Assembly: GCF_963921235.1 (NCBI RefSeq) | Contig: NC_086097.1 | Location: forward strand, 84,756,001-84,820,000 | DNA length: 64,000 nt | Source of the DNA: Mobula hypostoma | Taxonomy: Eukaryota | Direction: 5' to 3' | In this document: one piece after another, positions 39,333 through 52,137 of the stretch | Layout: every line of letters starts with the position of its first letter | How positions within the stretch are numbered: position 1 is the stretch's first letter | Position numbers and translations under genes: made by a program | Notes under the pieces: generated by a model | The model's database searches: none | What the model was told of the DNA's origin: nothing | What the model saw: the letters and a program-made list of their open reading frames with translations, nothing else

Positions 39333-39648
39333 TTACTTAGTGCCCATTACACCACTGGCATTTAGGGCAGCAGTGAAGGTCCTACATCTTCATCTGACCT
39401 TGGCCACTCAAATGTAGAAGGATTCTTCATTGCTATTTCTGTAACAGTTTCATTTTACCATTCAGGGTTGTTGGCCCTGAGTTGAACCATGGAACTTGGA
39501 GGACCGGTGGACTGCTTTTAGTCTGGCTTTTACCCTTTGACTTGTTCGGCATGGGTGATCCTACCAAAAGCCAAAGCACAAAGCCCTGACTCCAGCCAGC
39601 AAAGCTCTCCGGGTCATTGAGGTTTGCAAGCCTCCAAACCACAACAAT
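39333..39648 (-). mobile_element. RTE (Expander-type)-derived bipartite SINE
   Basis: 5' part resembles an RTE 5' UTR (ttgtggtttggaggcttgc..caatgaccc); 3' end shared with the RTE fragment at 61772 (atttag.gcagca.tgaaggtcct.catct). Confidence 0.65.
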
Positions 39649-40164
39649 AAATTATAACTTGAGAATAAGCTGCCTGTAGTTTATCATTCAGAAAATGTTG
39701 GGTGGCTTTATAGCTGGTTTTATTGATTCACTTGATACATCAACTAATAAATTACTAAATTAAATTTAAAAGAAATTTGGATAGGTATATGGACGGGAAG
39801 GGTATGGAGGATAATGGTTCAGCTGCATGGCAAATTATTAATTCGGCATGGACTAAATGGGCCGAAAGGCCTGTTTCAGTGATGTGGTGGTCTATGACTC
39901 TGAATGGTTTATCTTGCATAATATGGGAAAATGTTTGAGATGGGATATTGGGCATACAGGAGAGTAAAAGCCTTTACCAAGTCCTGACTTCACATGCAGA
40001 AATTATTAATAAAATGTAACAAGAGTAAAAGGAAAGTTAAAAACCGTGTTTGAGGAGAACTGTTGATAATGTGCACTTTGAGTCCATGGTTTGATATATT
40101 GAAAAGTGTATTGATATCAGCAGAGGACATCCTGACGTATAAAGCACAACTATCTATATCTTGT

Positions 40165-40485
40165 GCAACACACGCAAAATGCTAGAGGAACTCAGCAGGT
40201 TGGGCAGCATCTTTGGAGAAGAGTAATTAGTCAATGTTTGGGGCCGAGACCCTTCACTGGGATTGGAAAGGAAGAGGAGAAGTCAGAGCAAGGAAGTGGG
40301 GGGAGGGGAGGAAGAAGTACAAGACGGTAGGTGAAAGGTGAAAGCGGGAAGGGGAGGGGTGACGTAAAGAGCTGGGAAGTTGATTGCTGAAAGAGAGAAA
40401 GGTCTGGATAAGGAGAGGAGGAAGACCATGGAAGAAAGTGAAGGGGGAGGAGCATTTCCAATATCTGCAGATTTTCTCATGTTTG
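40165..40485 (-). mobile_element. Penelope pseudo-LTR with an inverted short 3' end
   Basis: caacacacgcaaaatgctagaggaactcagcagg, a decayed hammerhead, then inverted atctgcagattttctcatgttt; approximate TSD ctatat(c/t)ttgt. Confidence 0.75.
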
Positions 40486-41229
40486 TGAAACTATATTTTG
40501 TATGCTGTTGTCCTTGGGTTGCTAGCAACAATATTGTGGAATATGCAAATATTTAAATACCTTTAGTCAGTGAATATTATGAGGTAACTGCATCACTAGT
40601 ATTTGTCGCTGAACTGCTTTTTTAGAGGGCTTCACAGATGTGCCAACTGTTCAGGAGCAGACCATGTACAGACATGGCTTTCTGTAGCCCCAGATAGTAC
40701 ATCTTTATGGCCATTACATTCGATCATTTCTCAAAGAAGACAATGGCAAAATCTGTAGTGGATATTAAACGCCTACACGTGGAGTAGAAATATAGTGGTT
40801 GACAGTTGCAGCAAATTGTTGTGTTCTATGATCCACTACAGTGCTAAAAGGTGAAACAAGCTGTACTTCTGTTATGGTTTTGGCTTCTGTTTAGTTGGTA
40901 CTGTTTTGTGAATGCTTATCATTAAGTATCTTTCAGTCTGCCATATTTACCACACTGTGCTGTAAAATCATTCAACCTGAGGCATTAAATGAAAATTGTC
41001 AAGGTACTCGAGAAACCTTTGAAGGAATTTTTAGATTAACATCATACAGAGTTGGACAGAATTGACTTGATACAATCATAGATATTCTCTTTTACCCCCT
41101 ATAGGCTGTCAACTCTGGATGTTTTGAGTATATTTTGTAGACATCATTACAAAAAAGTACAACTTCAAATGAATGAAATCCTCTTGAAGGTAAATTGTGA
41201 AAAAAGCGAGCAAAACAAATATAACATGC

Positions 41230-41769
41230 TGTAAGGTTTCACTGCTAATGTAACGGTTTCTCTGTCGCAGCAATGTTTGGTTATGGCTAAAGATAACAGG
41301 GCCTTTGGAATGTGTGCTATCCAATGACAGGCATGTTGTTCTTTCTTGTGGGTCTGAGAGAAGGGATTTCATGGTCTTTGGTCAGCGAGAGATGAAGAGT
41401 GGAGATGCGAGTGGAGAGAGTTGACTTGCTGGACGGAGTGGACTTGGAGTGAGGGTCCGAGGGTCAGCAATGCTCAGAGGAGGTCGATGGGGAACGAATG
41501 GACGGAACCGAGAGCTCCAACATATGCATTAGACTGTTTCATTAAGATGGGCCCTTTTTAGTTTTCTTTATTAACCCTATAGTCCGATTAAGAATGATAA
41601 AGTTCAGTCGTTTAATTGCATACGGTGTACTGTCTGATATTTTGCGGTGCGGATTTGTAACCGGGCAACACATCACGCAAGATCCACACAAACGAGATTT
41701 CTCAGTTCGGCTGGGCCAGAGGCTGTCTTCCCCCAGACAAACACATGCCGGCCAAACCTGAGGGTTACA
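41230..41769. mobile_element. Possible solo LTR
   Basis: TGTAA...GTTACA termini, ~520-540 bp; no clear TSD. Confidence 0.4.
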
Positions 41770-41775
41770 CAACTA

Positions 41776-41956
41776 CGAGGAATTCTGCCGATGCTGGAAA
41801 TTCAAGCAACATACATCAAAGTTGCTGGTGAACACAGCAGGCCAGGCAGCATCTCTAGGAAGAGGTACAGTCGACGTTTCAGGCCGAGACCCTTCGTCAG
41901 GACTAACTGAAGGAAGATGCTGCGTGGTCTGCTGCGTTCACCAGCAACTTTGATGT
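41776..41956 (-). mobile_element. Young hairpin-shaped Penelope-derived mini element
   Basis: 14-bp TSD gggttacacaacta (41762-75, 41957-70); ~42-bp inverted arms acatcaaagttgctggtgaac..gcagcatct / agatgctgc..gttcaccagcaactttgatgt. Confidence 0.85.
41868..41905 (-). ncRNA. Minimal hammerhead ribozyme with an intact core
   Basis: uaguc-CUGACGA-AGG gucucgg CCU-GAAAC-GUC^gacug; stem I AGUC/GACU; palindromic ACGU stem III. Confidence 0.75.
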
Positions 41957-44900
41957 GGGTTACACAACTATTCAGGTTTTAGAATTATTATACTATTTTC
42001 CCTTTCTTTCATGTCACCAGATGTCATTCCCTGGTACAATAAAACAACTTCTTTGGAATTTGCACTGCATTATGGTGTAAGAGTACCTCTGGGGTGCTAT
42101 GACATCATATCAGTTTGTTTTGTTTCAGCCAATTGCAGATGTGCTGGCTCTGCTTGGCACAGTATCTCAGTATCTTAGCCAGTTAACACATCTGAATCTG
42201 TGGGATTCAGCAGATGGAACGCAGAATGCCCTAGGTACACCTCTGCACACCGCGACACAGACTGAATGTGCTGGCTACTTGCCTGTGCCTTGACAGAAAT
42301 ATGAGCTCAAACCTCAGCGGAACGCATTTGAAAGAGAAAATCTTCCTCCTCAAAGCTTTGTTTTGTTTAATTCCTCTTTTACTTCGTCCACGCAGAACCC
42401 GGCCTTGTGGCCAAGAATGGAAACCAGTGTTTAGTTTCTCAGCACATTCAGAGAAGTACAGTGATGCTTTTGCGAACGCTACAGATGTTATGAAGGGATG
42501 GTGTAAAGAGGCTAGAGGGCTGGGGAAGGGTTGGTGGAGAGACCAGAAACAATTCAAAATAGATTTTATCCTCTCAATGCCAAAGAGACCCTATAAGAAA
42601 AATATGGCGGGTTGGTAAATAAAACTCTGGTTAAAGTAATGGAGGGACTGATTGGAGGTCTGAGACAGCTGAGTCCATATGGAGTATCCACAACCCATGC
42701 AAATGCCTGCTGGTTCAGGGTTTCTGCTGAAGCAGTCACAAGTCTTGTGGTTATCTATATTGCTGTACTGAGAGCTTTGCTAATTATGAAATAAATATTA
42801 TTTTAAAATGTTTCTGTCTGACATATTACACAAAGCATAGTTCTGTATACAAGGTATAGGAAAAATACCATTGTTAGAGATTTCTCCAGATTAGTAACTC
42901 TAACCCAATTATATTTATGCATTGAAGACTATTTAGACTTCCTGAGATTTGCACTCCACAGTCATAATTCATCTAATTACATGCTAGTAATTGGTTTTCA
43001 GTACAGCAGTGGTCAGTCTCTACTCTGCTGTATTCTCCATTTTTGGTACTTAGTTTGGAATTAGATGAATATAGGACTGAAATAAAGAATATCTGGGGGC
43101 TTCATAAAGATAATTGGTGAATGAAATGAGGGGGGGGATAATGTAAACTTTTAATAATTACTTGTGATGGTATTGAGCTTGCCCTATCAGATATAAATAG
43201 CCACAAGATCTCTCACTAAAGGGAGATTATACTGTAACTACCCAATCTTCAAAGACTAGTTTACTTTCCTGTTTATTCTCCACAGTGAGTTTAGCTGCCA
43301 ATACCCACTATTCAAGTGATGGATCCCCTCTCCTTACTAAGGAGAAGATGCTTCCACCTAACAAATTGTTTAAACACTGTTCTTTTATTTTCAGTGATTC
43401 ATGTTTAAATATTCTTAAAAAACATTTAAAACTTAGAGGATTTCAATCTGAAATATTTACAAATTACAAACCATTTCTAAAACACAAAGCATTTCCTCTC
43501 ATAAAACACAAAGGATTTTCAAAACACATGTACAGTTCCTATAAACTAAAAAGACATACTGCAATGCAGACGAACAAGTCATCCATGGCAGAACCAAATC
43601 TGGAGGAATATATTCTAGTTCACCCCTTACCTCATTCATAATAAACCTGAACTTCTATTTGCATTAATACCCTTTTTCTTCCACTTGGGTGACTTCACAC
43701 GCATATGCTACTTCCTCAGATATTCTTTTAATACAGTCTAAAAACATCTTGAAGACAAAGTTCCACAAATAATGCTGTAAATACTGTGCAGCTAACTTCC
43801 TTAAGTACATAAAACTTTCCAACTATAAACACATCAGTTATTGATATGCTAAATGATTTTATCCACCTGTTATGCAAGCTTCCTTGAACTAAGCAACTTA
43901 ACAGTCAGCTTGTCTGTTTGAAACAACGCAAATTAAACAACCCATTGTATTATACTCTACTCTTGAGCAATAATTACAGAGCATCTTCAAAGTTGCTCTA
44001 TTGACAACACTTTTTATAAACTTCAAGCTGATTACTGCTTTCCATTTTAAGAATGGAAGACTGATTCATTAATGACAAATTGTTAGTTGGAAGATTACTT
44101 ACATCTATTTTTGACCTTACAAGTATCAGATGCTGTGTTTAGAAAGCCAGGATTAGCAAATAACCACGGGCCCATTGGCCTAGGAGTTACTACCTTCCTA
44201 TGGACATCAGCCTCCTGATCAAGGCTCCTCCTGGGATCAGACTATCACTTCTCTATCCGTTCCAGTAGGTTATCAGTTCTAGAAAGGCTCTCTTTGCTTC
44301 GGTGCTCAAGGTACTCATTGACTACTTCCCGATGTAGGGGTTTCTGTGAGATTTTTTAAAGAGTATTCACTCCCTCAATCTCAGCAGCACACATTTTCCA
44401 AACCTCAAACAAATGTCTCCATTATAATCTTCATAAACATGTGACAACAATGCATCAATGTTCATATTTTAGGTCTATATTAGTCCATCTTTAGAATCTT
44501 CTTCCCCACAAACAGTTCTTGCCATTTCCTTGATACAAGTTTGAATCAGTGTCTCGGTCACTGTTAGTTTATAAGGTCAGCTGGCAATGTCTTTCACTAA
44601 GATGAAGATAGATCGTCTCTTTCACAGGAGTGTTCACATTTGTTTCGATGCAGTGCATAAATTTATTCATGTTTCCTGAAAACAAGCTACTAATCATGTG
44701 TTGATGTTCTCTATAACCTAAGGATTAGTAATTTCACATTTTAATTGCAGAAAATCATCTCCATACATGATTTCATAATATAATAATGTACATAAAAAAT
44801 AAACATTTACAGAAGTAATGAAGCATATGGTTCTTCTGTACCTTAACTCGAGGCTCTCAGAAAAAAGTAAGTCACAATGTAAGGGTTGGTTATGTCCCTC

Positions 44901-46012
44901 CCATGGGAGTGAACACCCAATGGTATACTGTAACTTAACATTCTGGCACCAACCATACCACTGCATAAGCTCCTTCCCGTTTTCATGATTCTGAACTCTG
45001 GGTATGATTGTTCAGCTCTTCGACCTTTACTTTCTTAAGGTTTGGGCCTAACTGAGAAGAATTGACACTTCTTCCTTACTTTTATGTTTTCCCAGAAAAC
45101 TTTAATTGAGTTCTGTTCTGTCAAACCATAGGATTTTATCAACCAAATATACAAATAGTTCTGGTAATGTTAAATATAAAACAAATAGCAACATTGATAG
45201 GCTTGCTGGTCCTACTAGTTGCATTGTAAGAGTACCACATACACAATATATGCTTATACCCAAGTAGTAAGTTAATAGCAAATACATCCAAACTGTTCTA
45301 CTTTGTGACAATATAATGCTTTGTAAAACTTGGAGGCTGTAGGATTCCATCAATGTTTCTGAAGAAATCGCAATAGATTAGGTTAAAAGTATTGCATTCC
45401 TCAAAGGTATCTATCTTTCCCCTGGTAAATCTTCCACCATTGTATAATTTTGCACACAAAATCAAGTAAAATAGATGATTTTAAACGTTAAAGGTGTAAG
45501 CCATGGTACTATGATGCCATCATTAGCAATGAACAACATATTTACAAAGTACGTTATATTGAATTTAAGAAGCATATATTGTATATGAAAAGTTACCCAT
45601 ATTGAAATGTAAATATGCAACATCCTCAAAGGTAAGTAAAAATAATGTTTGTTGACTTATCTTTCTGTGGGATCGTGTTATTAGACCATCTACTCGTGAC
45701 AGACACATCCCAAGCCCACCCCTCCTCCCAAGTGAGGCAAGAAACATGCAAACCTGTATACAACGTCAGTATCAGGACTAGGAAAAGGAGAGGAGCAAGA
45801 ATAATAGATCAGATCTGTCTCTGCTCTTCACTCTTCCAGGGTTAATGATGAACCAGAGGAAAAGGCAAAGAGGTGAGTACGAGGCAATGTATACAAAGCA
45901 GACGTATGGGAGATAACTCATTGTGGTGCAGTTTAGGCATTGGAGTCAATGCAGTCTTAGGACTGGAACTGTTATACAATAAGCAGAAGTCAAATTTCCA
46001 TCCTTGCAGGCT

Positions 46013-48059
46013 TCAACATCTCAACAAAAAGAGCACTACAAAGACAATTATTCCAATAGCTAGGGGAATTGTCCATTGTAAAATTGCAAAAAAAATATAT
46101 ATAGCCCAATTTAAGTAGTGCCAATCCATCCGGAAACTGTGTTTGCTGCTGCAGAGACAGAATTTGCAGCAGTTAGAAAGGCCTGAGCTATTGTGTCAAC
46201 TAAAGTGCCAATCAGGGGCTTCGTATAAGTCTGCAAAGGAAACTTGTGAAAGGAGATGCCTCACACATCTAATTATGTCAGTTCAGTGACTCTCAGAGTG
46301 TATAAAGAAATATTCCTTTAATTAGACTGTTTCTTCTAGCCACTGTTGACAAATATCAAGTCCCTCTAGAACATTCTATGTTGCATCCATCATAAACCAT
46401 TCCTTAAAACTGGATTTGCATTTTCTGCCTTGAGATACCCAACATTGATTAAATCATCAAATTACTCTAAGTCATTTCCTTTATAAAGCTGAAAAAGTGA
46501 GTGATCCTCTGATAGCTGTATGTCTGAACAACTTTTGTTATCAGGAACTTCTACTTTCTGAGAGAACCAAAGGATCACGCCATTGCTATTGTAAGAATGA
46601 GCACTGTCAGGGCATGGCTGTACGAGCAGTGTTCCCCTTTTTTTATCATGAAAATTGTTAATGGCAGAATTGGTTTTTTCTCTCTGCTTGTTGATGACAA
46701 TGCTATGCGAGTGAATATACAGCAATAGTTGAAAGCTTGTCTGTGTATATAATTGGCATTATCAATTGGTCTCCAACAGTAAAATTTATCACAGGATTGT
46801 TTCCCCATTTTTCAACTTGTAGTCGAAGTCTATCTGAAATATAATTGAAGTTGTAAGGACACCAATAGTAAAGAACTAATTTTCATCATAAGACATTACT
46901 CGCACCATAGCGTGAACTATTCATGACTTTTTGATTAATAACAAATAAGAAATCTGGGTAGATGCAATAGCCTATGGAACTAAAATATCTAAAAATCTTA
47001 TTGCACTTTTCAGTTTTGTTTCATTTAGCTTCTGCTTCAGTGCATCTTTCCATCTTATCTTCACATGCAAAAACCCGGATCAAGGCTTTGCTGAATTTTT
47101 TTAGAACATAAGCCAGAAATGCAGACAATTGTCATGTTACCTTGATGTTTAACAATGGAATGGAAAAGTGGCCATAACTGGAGAAATGGAAAGGTCTAAC
47201 ATCTTCGTAGTAAGCATTTTCATAGGGTTGTTGGCCATCAAACTAAAGTGCAATAAGATATCTGGTTAATGGAGAAATCTTCATTAAGAAAGAAGTTCCC
47301 ACATTGTTCTAGTCTAAAGGTTTCAATGTCATGTTCCCATGAGTGGGATCATTCAATGACACAACAGTGCCTATACTTTTCTTCAAGTGTAGAGGGACCC
47401 ATGTCAAGGGATTACTCTATTAGTTTACCTTCAGTATCTGGGCTGGAATCTTTCAGTTCTGTTGGGGCATTAGTAATCATTTCCACAAGTGATTCTTTGC
47501 CTTCCCATGTTCATTTCATCTGCAATGCAGTCAGAGTGAATGTTTAAGTAGATGAGAGCAATTACTTTGCCTGAGGCAAGATTTAAGGGTTCCAGTGTAT
47601 GAGTTCACACATGACCAAGAGGTAAGGGCCATTTGGTGATCTTTAAATTAGAATCATCATAGCTCACAGATCCCCTTAATTTAATATTCTCTCTGAATCA
47701 TTAGGTTTTAGGCATGTCAGAGCCAGATGAGCCAATTTCTGTAGTAAATGTGACTTTGTCTGCGAGAAAGCAAATGGTAAGCAAGGCAGCACTGAACAGT
47801 ATTGCTATAAGCACAAATATTAGAAGTAAAATACAGCAAAAGCAAAATTTTTTCCTAGAGTTTGAGTCTGCCTTACTCTGAAAACAACAGCACATCCTGG
47901 ATGTATTATCCATGATAATCTTGGAGATCTTCCTCAAGCTTTTCAGATCTAAACAGGTGTTTTTATCTTTTCAGTAGATCGCATCCCCTCTCCACTCGTC
48001 AGGGTATAGGGATTCAGTGGTGGACCCGTGCTCTGGCCAAATATAAGAGTTGCACTCAT
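46013..48059 (-). pseudogene. Foamy-type env pseudogene
   Basis: ATG overlapping the pol stop (48059); Cys-rich leader + hydrophobic segment (ORF 47701..47937); PLGHV*THTLEP..LNIHSDCIADEMNMG/EGKESLVEMI; C-terminal AANSVSAAANTVSGWIG...LQWTIPLAIGIIVFVVLFLLRC*. Confidence 0.7.
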
Positions 48060-48360
48060 TCGAGGAGGATAAGTCGCGCCGTGGTAGGTTTGATATTCTC
48101 TATGTAAACAGTTCTGCTTTCAGTCCTGTTTCCCCTCCCAGCCTCGATTGCCACAGTCTTGTTGTAGGTAACCTTGTAATGATACAAGGAGCTTTCCATC
48201 TAGGATCGAAACTAGGGACAGAAATATTTTTATGGAATTTCCTTTCCTTGGACCCAGGCCCCATTCTGTGGTCTCCAAACTTTCCAGTTAGGTTCTTTTG
48301 CTTTCTCTTGAATTCCCATAAACACTCTCAGTTTCTTGAGACGAGTTGTATCGGGTACAG
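48056..48360 (-). pseudogene. Retroviral integrase C-terminal domain, spumavirus-like
   Basis: With two frameshifts: WRPQNGAWVQ/ERKFHKNISVPSFDPRWKAPCIITRL../TVAIEAGRGNRTESRTVYIENIKPT..*. Confidence 0.75.
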
Positions 48361-48632
48361 GCAATAGTTGACTGTGTTAGCAATCAAGAGTGTAATTAGG
48401 TGAACTGTATATTTTACAAATAAGGTGTAACGTTCTTGTATATTCCTATTTTCACCACTGACACTTTGCTAATGGACAGTTGCATTTCAGGGGCAAGTAT
48501 AGCCTACTTTGTGTCTCGAGTAGACCAGTTTTGCTAGCTCTCCTTAATCTCTCAATTCCTTTCCTCCGCCACGTCATTTGTGTGCAGCTGGAATGGAGTG
48601 CTGCTCTCCACTTCTGTGCCTGTTTGGTCTTA

Positions 48633-48924
48633 CGAGGGGTGATTGATAAGTTCGTGGCCTAAGGTAGAAGGAGTCAATTTTAGAAAACCTAGCACATTTA
48701 TTTTTCAACGTAGTCCCTTCCTACATTTACACACTTAGTCCAGCAACCATGGAGCATACAGATCCCTTCTTTGTAGAAGTCGGTGTCTTGGACCTCCAGA
48801 AGTGGTCCACAGCAGGGGTGATTGATAAGTTCATGGCCTAAGGCAGAAGGAGAAGAGTTATACAGCTCAACTCTTTGAGTGATTATCCAGAAAGTTTGAA
48901 GTTAATAACTCTTCTCCTTCTACC
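48633..48924. mobile_element. Mariner-like MITE remnant
   Basis: TA + cgaggggtgattgataagttcgtggcct terminus, repeated internally at ~48813; partial inverted copy at ~48901-24. Confidence 0.6.
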
Positions 48925-49774
48925 ATGATGTGTACCTGCTGCACACAGTTCTGTTCTTTGCTCTGTGTTTGTGTGCTTACATCCACTGAGGGATGGCTGG
49001 ATCAAGAGTTGTACTGGGAAGGCTGGGGTTGATGGGATGTTGCAGAGAAAGGGGCAGTACTTGTGCAGACCTGGAAGTGCTTTACACAATGTGTATTGGA
49101 TTCTGATTTGAATATCTGTAGTCCTAATTTGTGTGTCAATTTAACTGGATTTCAGCCATTGGTCCATAATCTGTGAGATCAGTAATCTGATTAGCCACCA
49201 ACTGTATTTATGATATTCCTGTCTTCTGCGTTCAGATTCCAAAAGCTGATGAAACGTGATTTGGATCAATTCTATTAATTTTCTAGTTTTCTGTATTGTA
49301 TACTAACTGTTAGAGCAAGCTATAGCTGGAGGCAATTATTTATTAAAAAAACAGCTCTTGACCTGTGTAGCTGATTCAGCAATAGAGCTAGTTGGAAAAT
49401 TTGTTCTTAAGTGGAGAAATCAGTTTATTTTCATGTCTGATAACTTGCTGCAGGATGTGAACAGGTTGACTCAGAGGCTTTGGTTGATTTAATCATCATT
49501 CACAGGCTAAAAAATGCCAAACATCATTCAGAGTACTCTTTACAGCTGCTATACCAATTGGTCTCTGCTATGCATTATGGGTTCCAACGTCAGCAAACAA
49601 ATCACTTTTCTTATGTGTTCGTAGTAGAAGACTTTTTCTGTCGTGAGACTTGCCCCTTGGAAAAAGCTTATTATTTATTTGGAAAGCCATGTCAATGTGC
49701 CTTTGGTACCATCTTCTAGGATATGAGGAATCAAAGTGGCTCAGGCAATTTGAGTTGGGTGTACTTTTCATCCA

Positions 49775-50253
49775 TCTATCATTGAAGCCTACGTCATCAA
49801 GAACCACCTAAGATGGAGCGGTCATGTTCGGATGAAAGATGAACGTCTGCCGAAACAAATCTTATACTCCCAGCGTAAAGAAGGCAAACATAAAAGAGGC
49901 GGACAACAGAAGAGATTTAAAGATGTCTTAAAAGCCAACATGAAGAAATGTAGCATCGACATGAACAATTGGGAAACCAATGCCAAGGACAGGAAACTCT
50001 GGCACACCATCACCCGAGAAGGAACAACAACTTTCGAAGCCAACAGTTGTGCAGAATTAGAAGAAAAGAGAAGAAACTGGAAAGAGAGGCAGCAACAACC
50101 AAAGTCCGATCTGTCATCTGGAACTACCTGTCCAGAATGCGGAAGAACTTTCAAAGCCAAGATTGGACTCATAAGCCAGTTGAGAGCCCATAAGTAGATC
50201 AATAGAATGAAGACCCTCATCCTCGACCTCGAGGGATAGCCACGATGACGACG
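49775..50253 (+). mobile_element. Young 5'-truncated RTE LINE 3' end
   Basis: Open ORF 49832..50197 (RLPKQILY..KRGGQQKRFKD..CPECGRTFKAKIGLISQLRAH); (gac)n tail; TSD acttt(t/c)catcca at 49763 and 50254. Confidence 0.9.
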
Positions 50254-51438
50254 ACTTTCCATCCAGTACCTTTTTTTTTATATTGAATTTAAGTTTCTTT
50301 TTACAATGTTCCCAACCATGGTCAGTAGCAGGTTGAAGATAAACTATTCCTCCATTTGCAAAACATTTTCAAATTTTCTATGTTGTAGTTTATTCAGCAT
50401 TAGGTCAGATGAATGATCAAATCCACGATACTTCCCTTTCAAATTTTTAATCTCTGTATTAGAGGTCAGAGGTGATTGGAGTTCAGTATTGTCAAGAAAT
50501 AGCACAAACTGACTTTATGTGTATTGCTGCAGAGCAAAAAAGGCTTCACAGTTCTACCAGTAAAAGCTGGTGGGGTATAGATAACCTGCTTGTGCAGCAA
50601 TTACTAGTTAGATTTTTGAACAATGGTCATGATAACATTTAATTTCTTCTCAACATAACTCTTTGACTCAGTATAGACTTTGAGTATTCTACTATAATGA
50701 GAGATCAAGACAGGGTTAATGGGAATTATATAAACTGAAAGATCACTAACTCAGGATTATGGATTTACAGTGGGGGGTGCTTTCAAATACTGGAAATGTG
50801 ATGGGGGGGGAACAGCAGAAACTGCTTGAAATGCTCAGCAGTGTGGATGCATTTGATTCCTTCACTATAGGATATAGGACACTGGGCTGAAAGCCAAGGT
50901 CCTTTGTCAACCTGACCCTGCAAATCAGTTCTCTTCCTGAACATCAGGATCTGTGAGACCTTGGTCAAAGTGCATCACCTTGCAGTGAGTGTAATCATCG
51001 ATAACAAAATTCACTGCCACTTTCAGTATGTCAGAGCAACCTTTGAGGAAAGGATTATGAACATAAAACTCTCAAATATGACACCAAACTTGTAGTCAGC
51101 AGAGCAACAGTAATTCCCGCATATGGTGGAGAAGGAGATAATTGCAAAGTGGACTTCTCCAGGCAGTGGAAGAGCAGCCTGTTGCCTCTGCAAAATCTTC
51201 CAACCTCAGCGGTGAATCAGTAATCCTAAGAACCCAAGCTGATAAACCCGAAAATCTGAAATAAAAACAGAAGATGCTCAATTTGCTCAAGTCAGGCAGC
51301 ATCTGTGGAAAGAGAAACAGTTTCCGGTTGAAGAACTTTTGTTAGAATTGGAGAAGAAAGAAAGCAAGGTGGTATTTCATTGCAGAGAGTGTACATGATC
51401 CTGAATATTTCTGGTATTTTGTATTTTTAGAACCAATA

Positions 51439-52137
51439 TTTGAATTTGAATTGACTTTATTTCTTACATCCTTCACATATATGAGAGTAAAAATCTTTAT
51501 GCTACGCCTCCATCTAAATGTGCAATGTGCAGTCATAGTAATTTATAATAGTTTATAATAAATAGAACAGTCAATGCAATATAGAGTACACTCATATCAA
51601 CGTGAATTCATCAGTCTGATGGCCTGGTGGAAGAAGCTGTCCTGGAGCCCGTTGGTCCTGGCTTTTATACTGCGGTACTGCTTCCCAGATGGTAGCAATT
51701 GGAATAGATTGTGGTTGGGATGGCTTGGATCCCAATGATCCTATGGGCCCTTTTTACACACCTGTCCTTGTAAATGTCCTGAATCATGGGAAGTTCACAA
51801 CTACAGATGCACTGGGCTGTCCGCACCACTCTCTGCAGAGTCCTGCGATTGAGGGAGATACAGTTCCCATACCAGGCAATCAGGATGCTCTCAATTGTGC
51901 CCCTGTAGAAAGTTCTTAGGATTTGGGCGCCCATTCCAAACTTCCTCAACCATCTGAGGTGAAAGAGGCGCTGTTGTGCCTTTTTCTCCACACAGCTGGT
52001 GTGTACAGACCACGTGAGGTCTTCGGTAATGTGGATGCTAAGGAACTTAAATCTGTTTAACGTCTCAACCCCAGATCCATTGATGTCAAAAGGGGTAGCC
52101 CGTCTCCATTCCTTCTGAAATCCACAACCAGCTCCAA
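51439..52137 (-). mobile_element. Rex1/Babar-type LINE 3' end
   Basis: ORF 51665..52180 (FKFLSIHITEDLTWS..KAQQRLFHLR.LRKFGM..FYRGTIESIL); tail caattcaaattcaaa. Confidence 0.85.

Larger units (their letters stand above)
43300..48410 (-). mobile_element. Degraded foamy-virus-like endogenous retrovirus, 3' half (pol end, env, putative accessory/LTR region); boundaries approximate
   Basis: See the pol and env pseudogene entries; the segment at ~43.3-46 kb is AT-rich decayed coding-like sequence with no repeat family recognised. Confidence 0.65.

Noticed and set aside
39450..39648. Possible HDV-like ribozyme in the Expander-type SINE 5' end (has an ACUAA motif)
   Set aside because: Could not assign a consistent P1/P3/L3/P1.1
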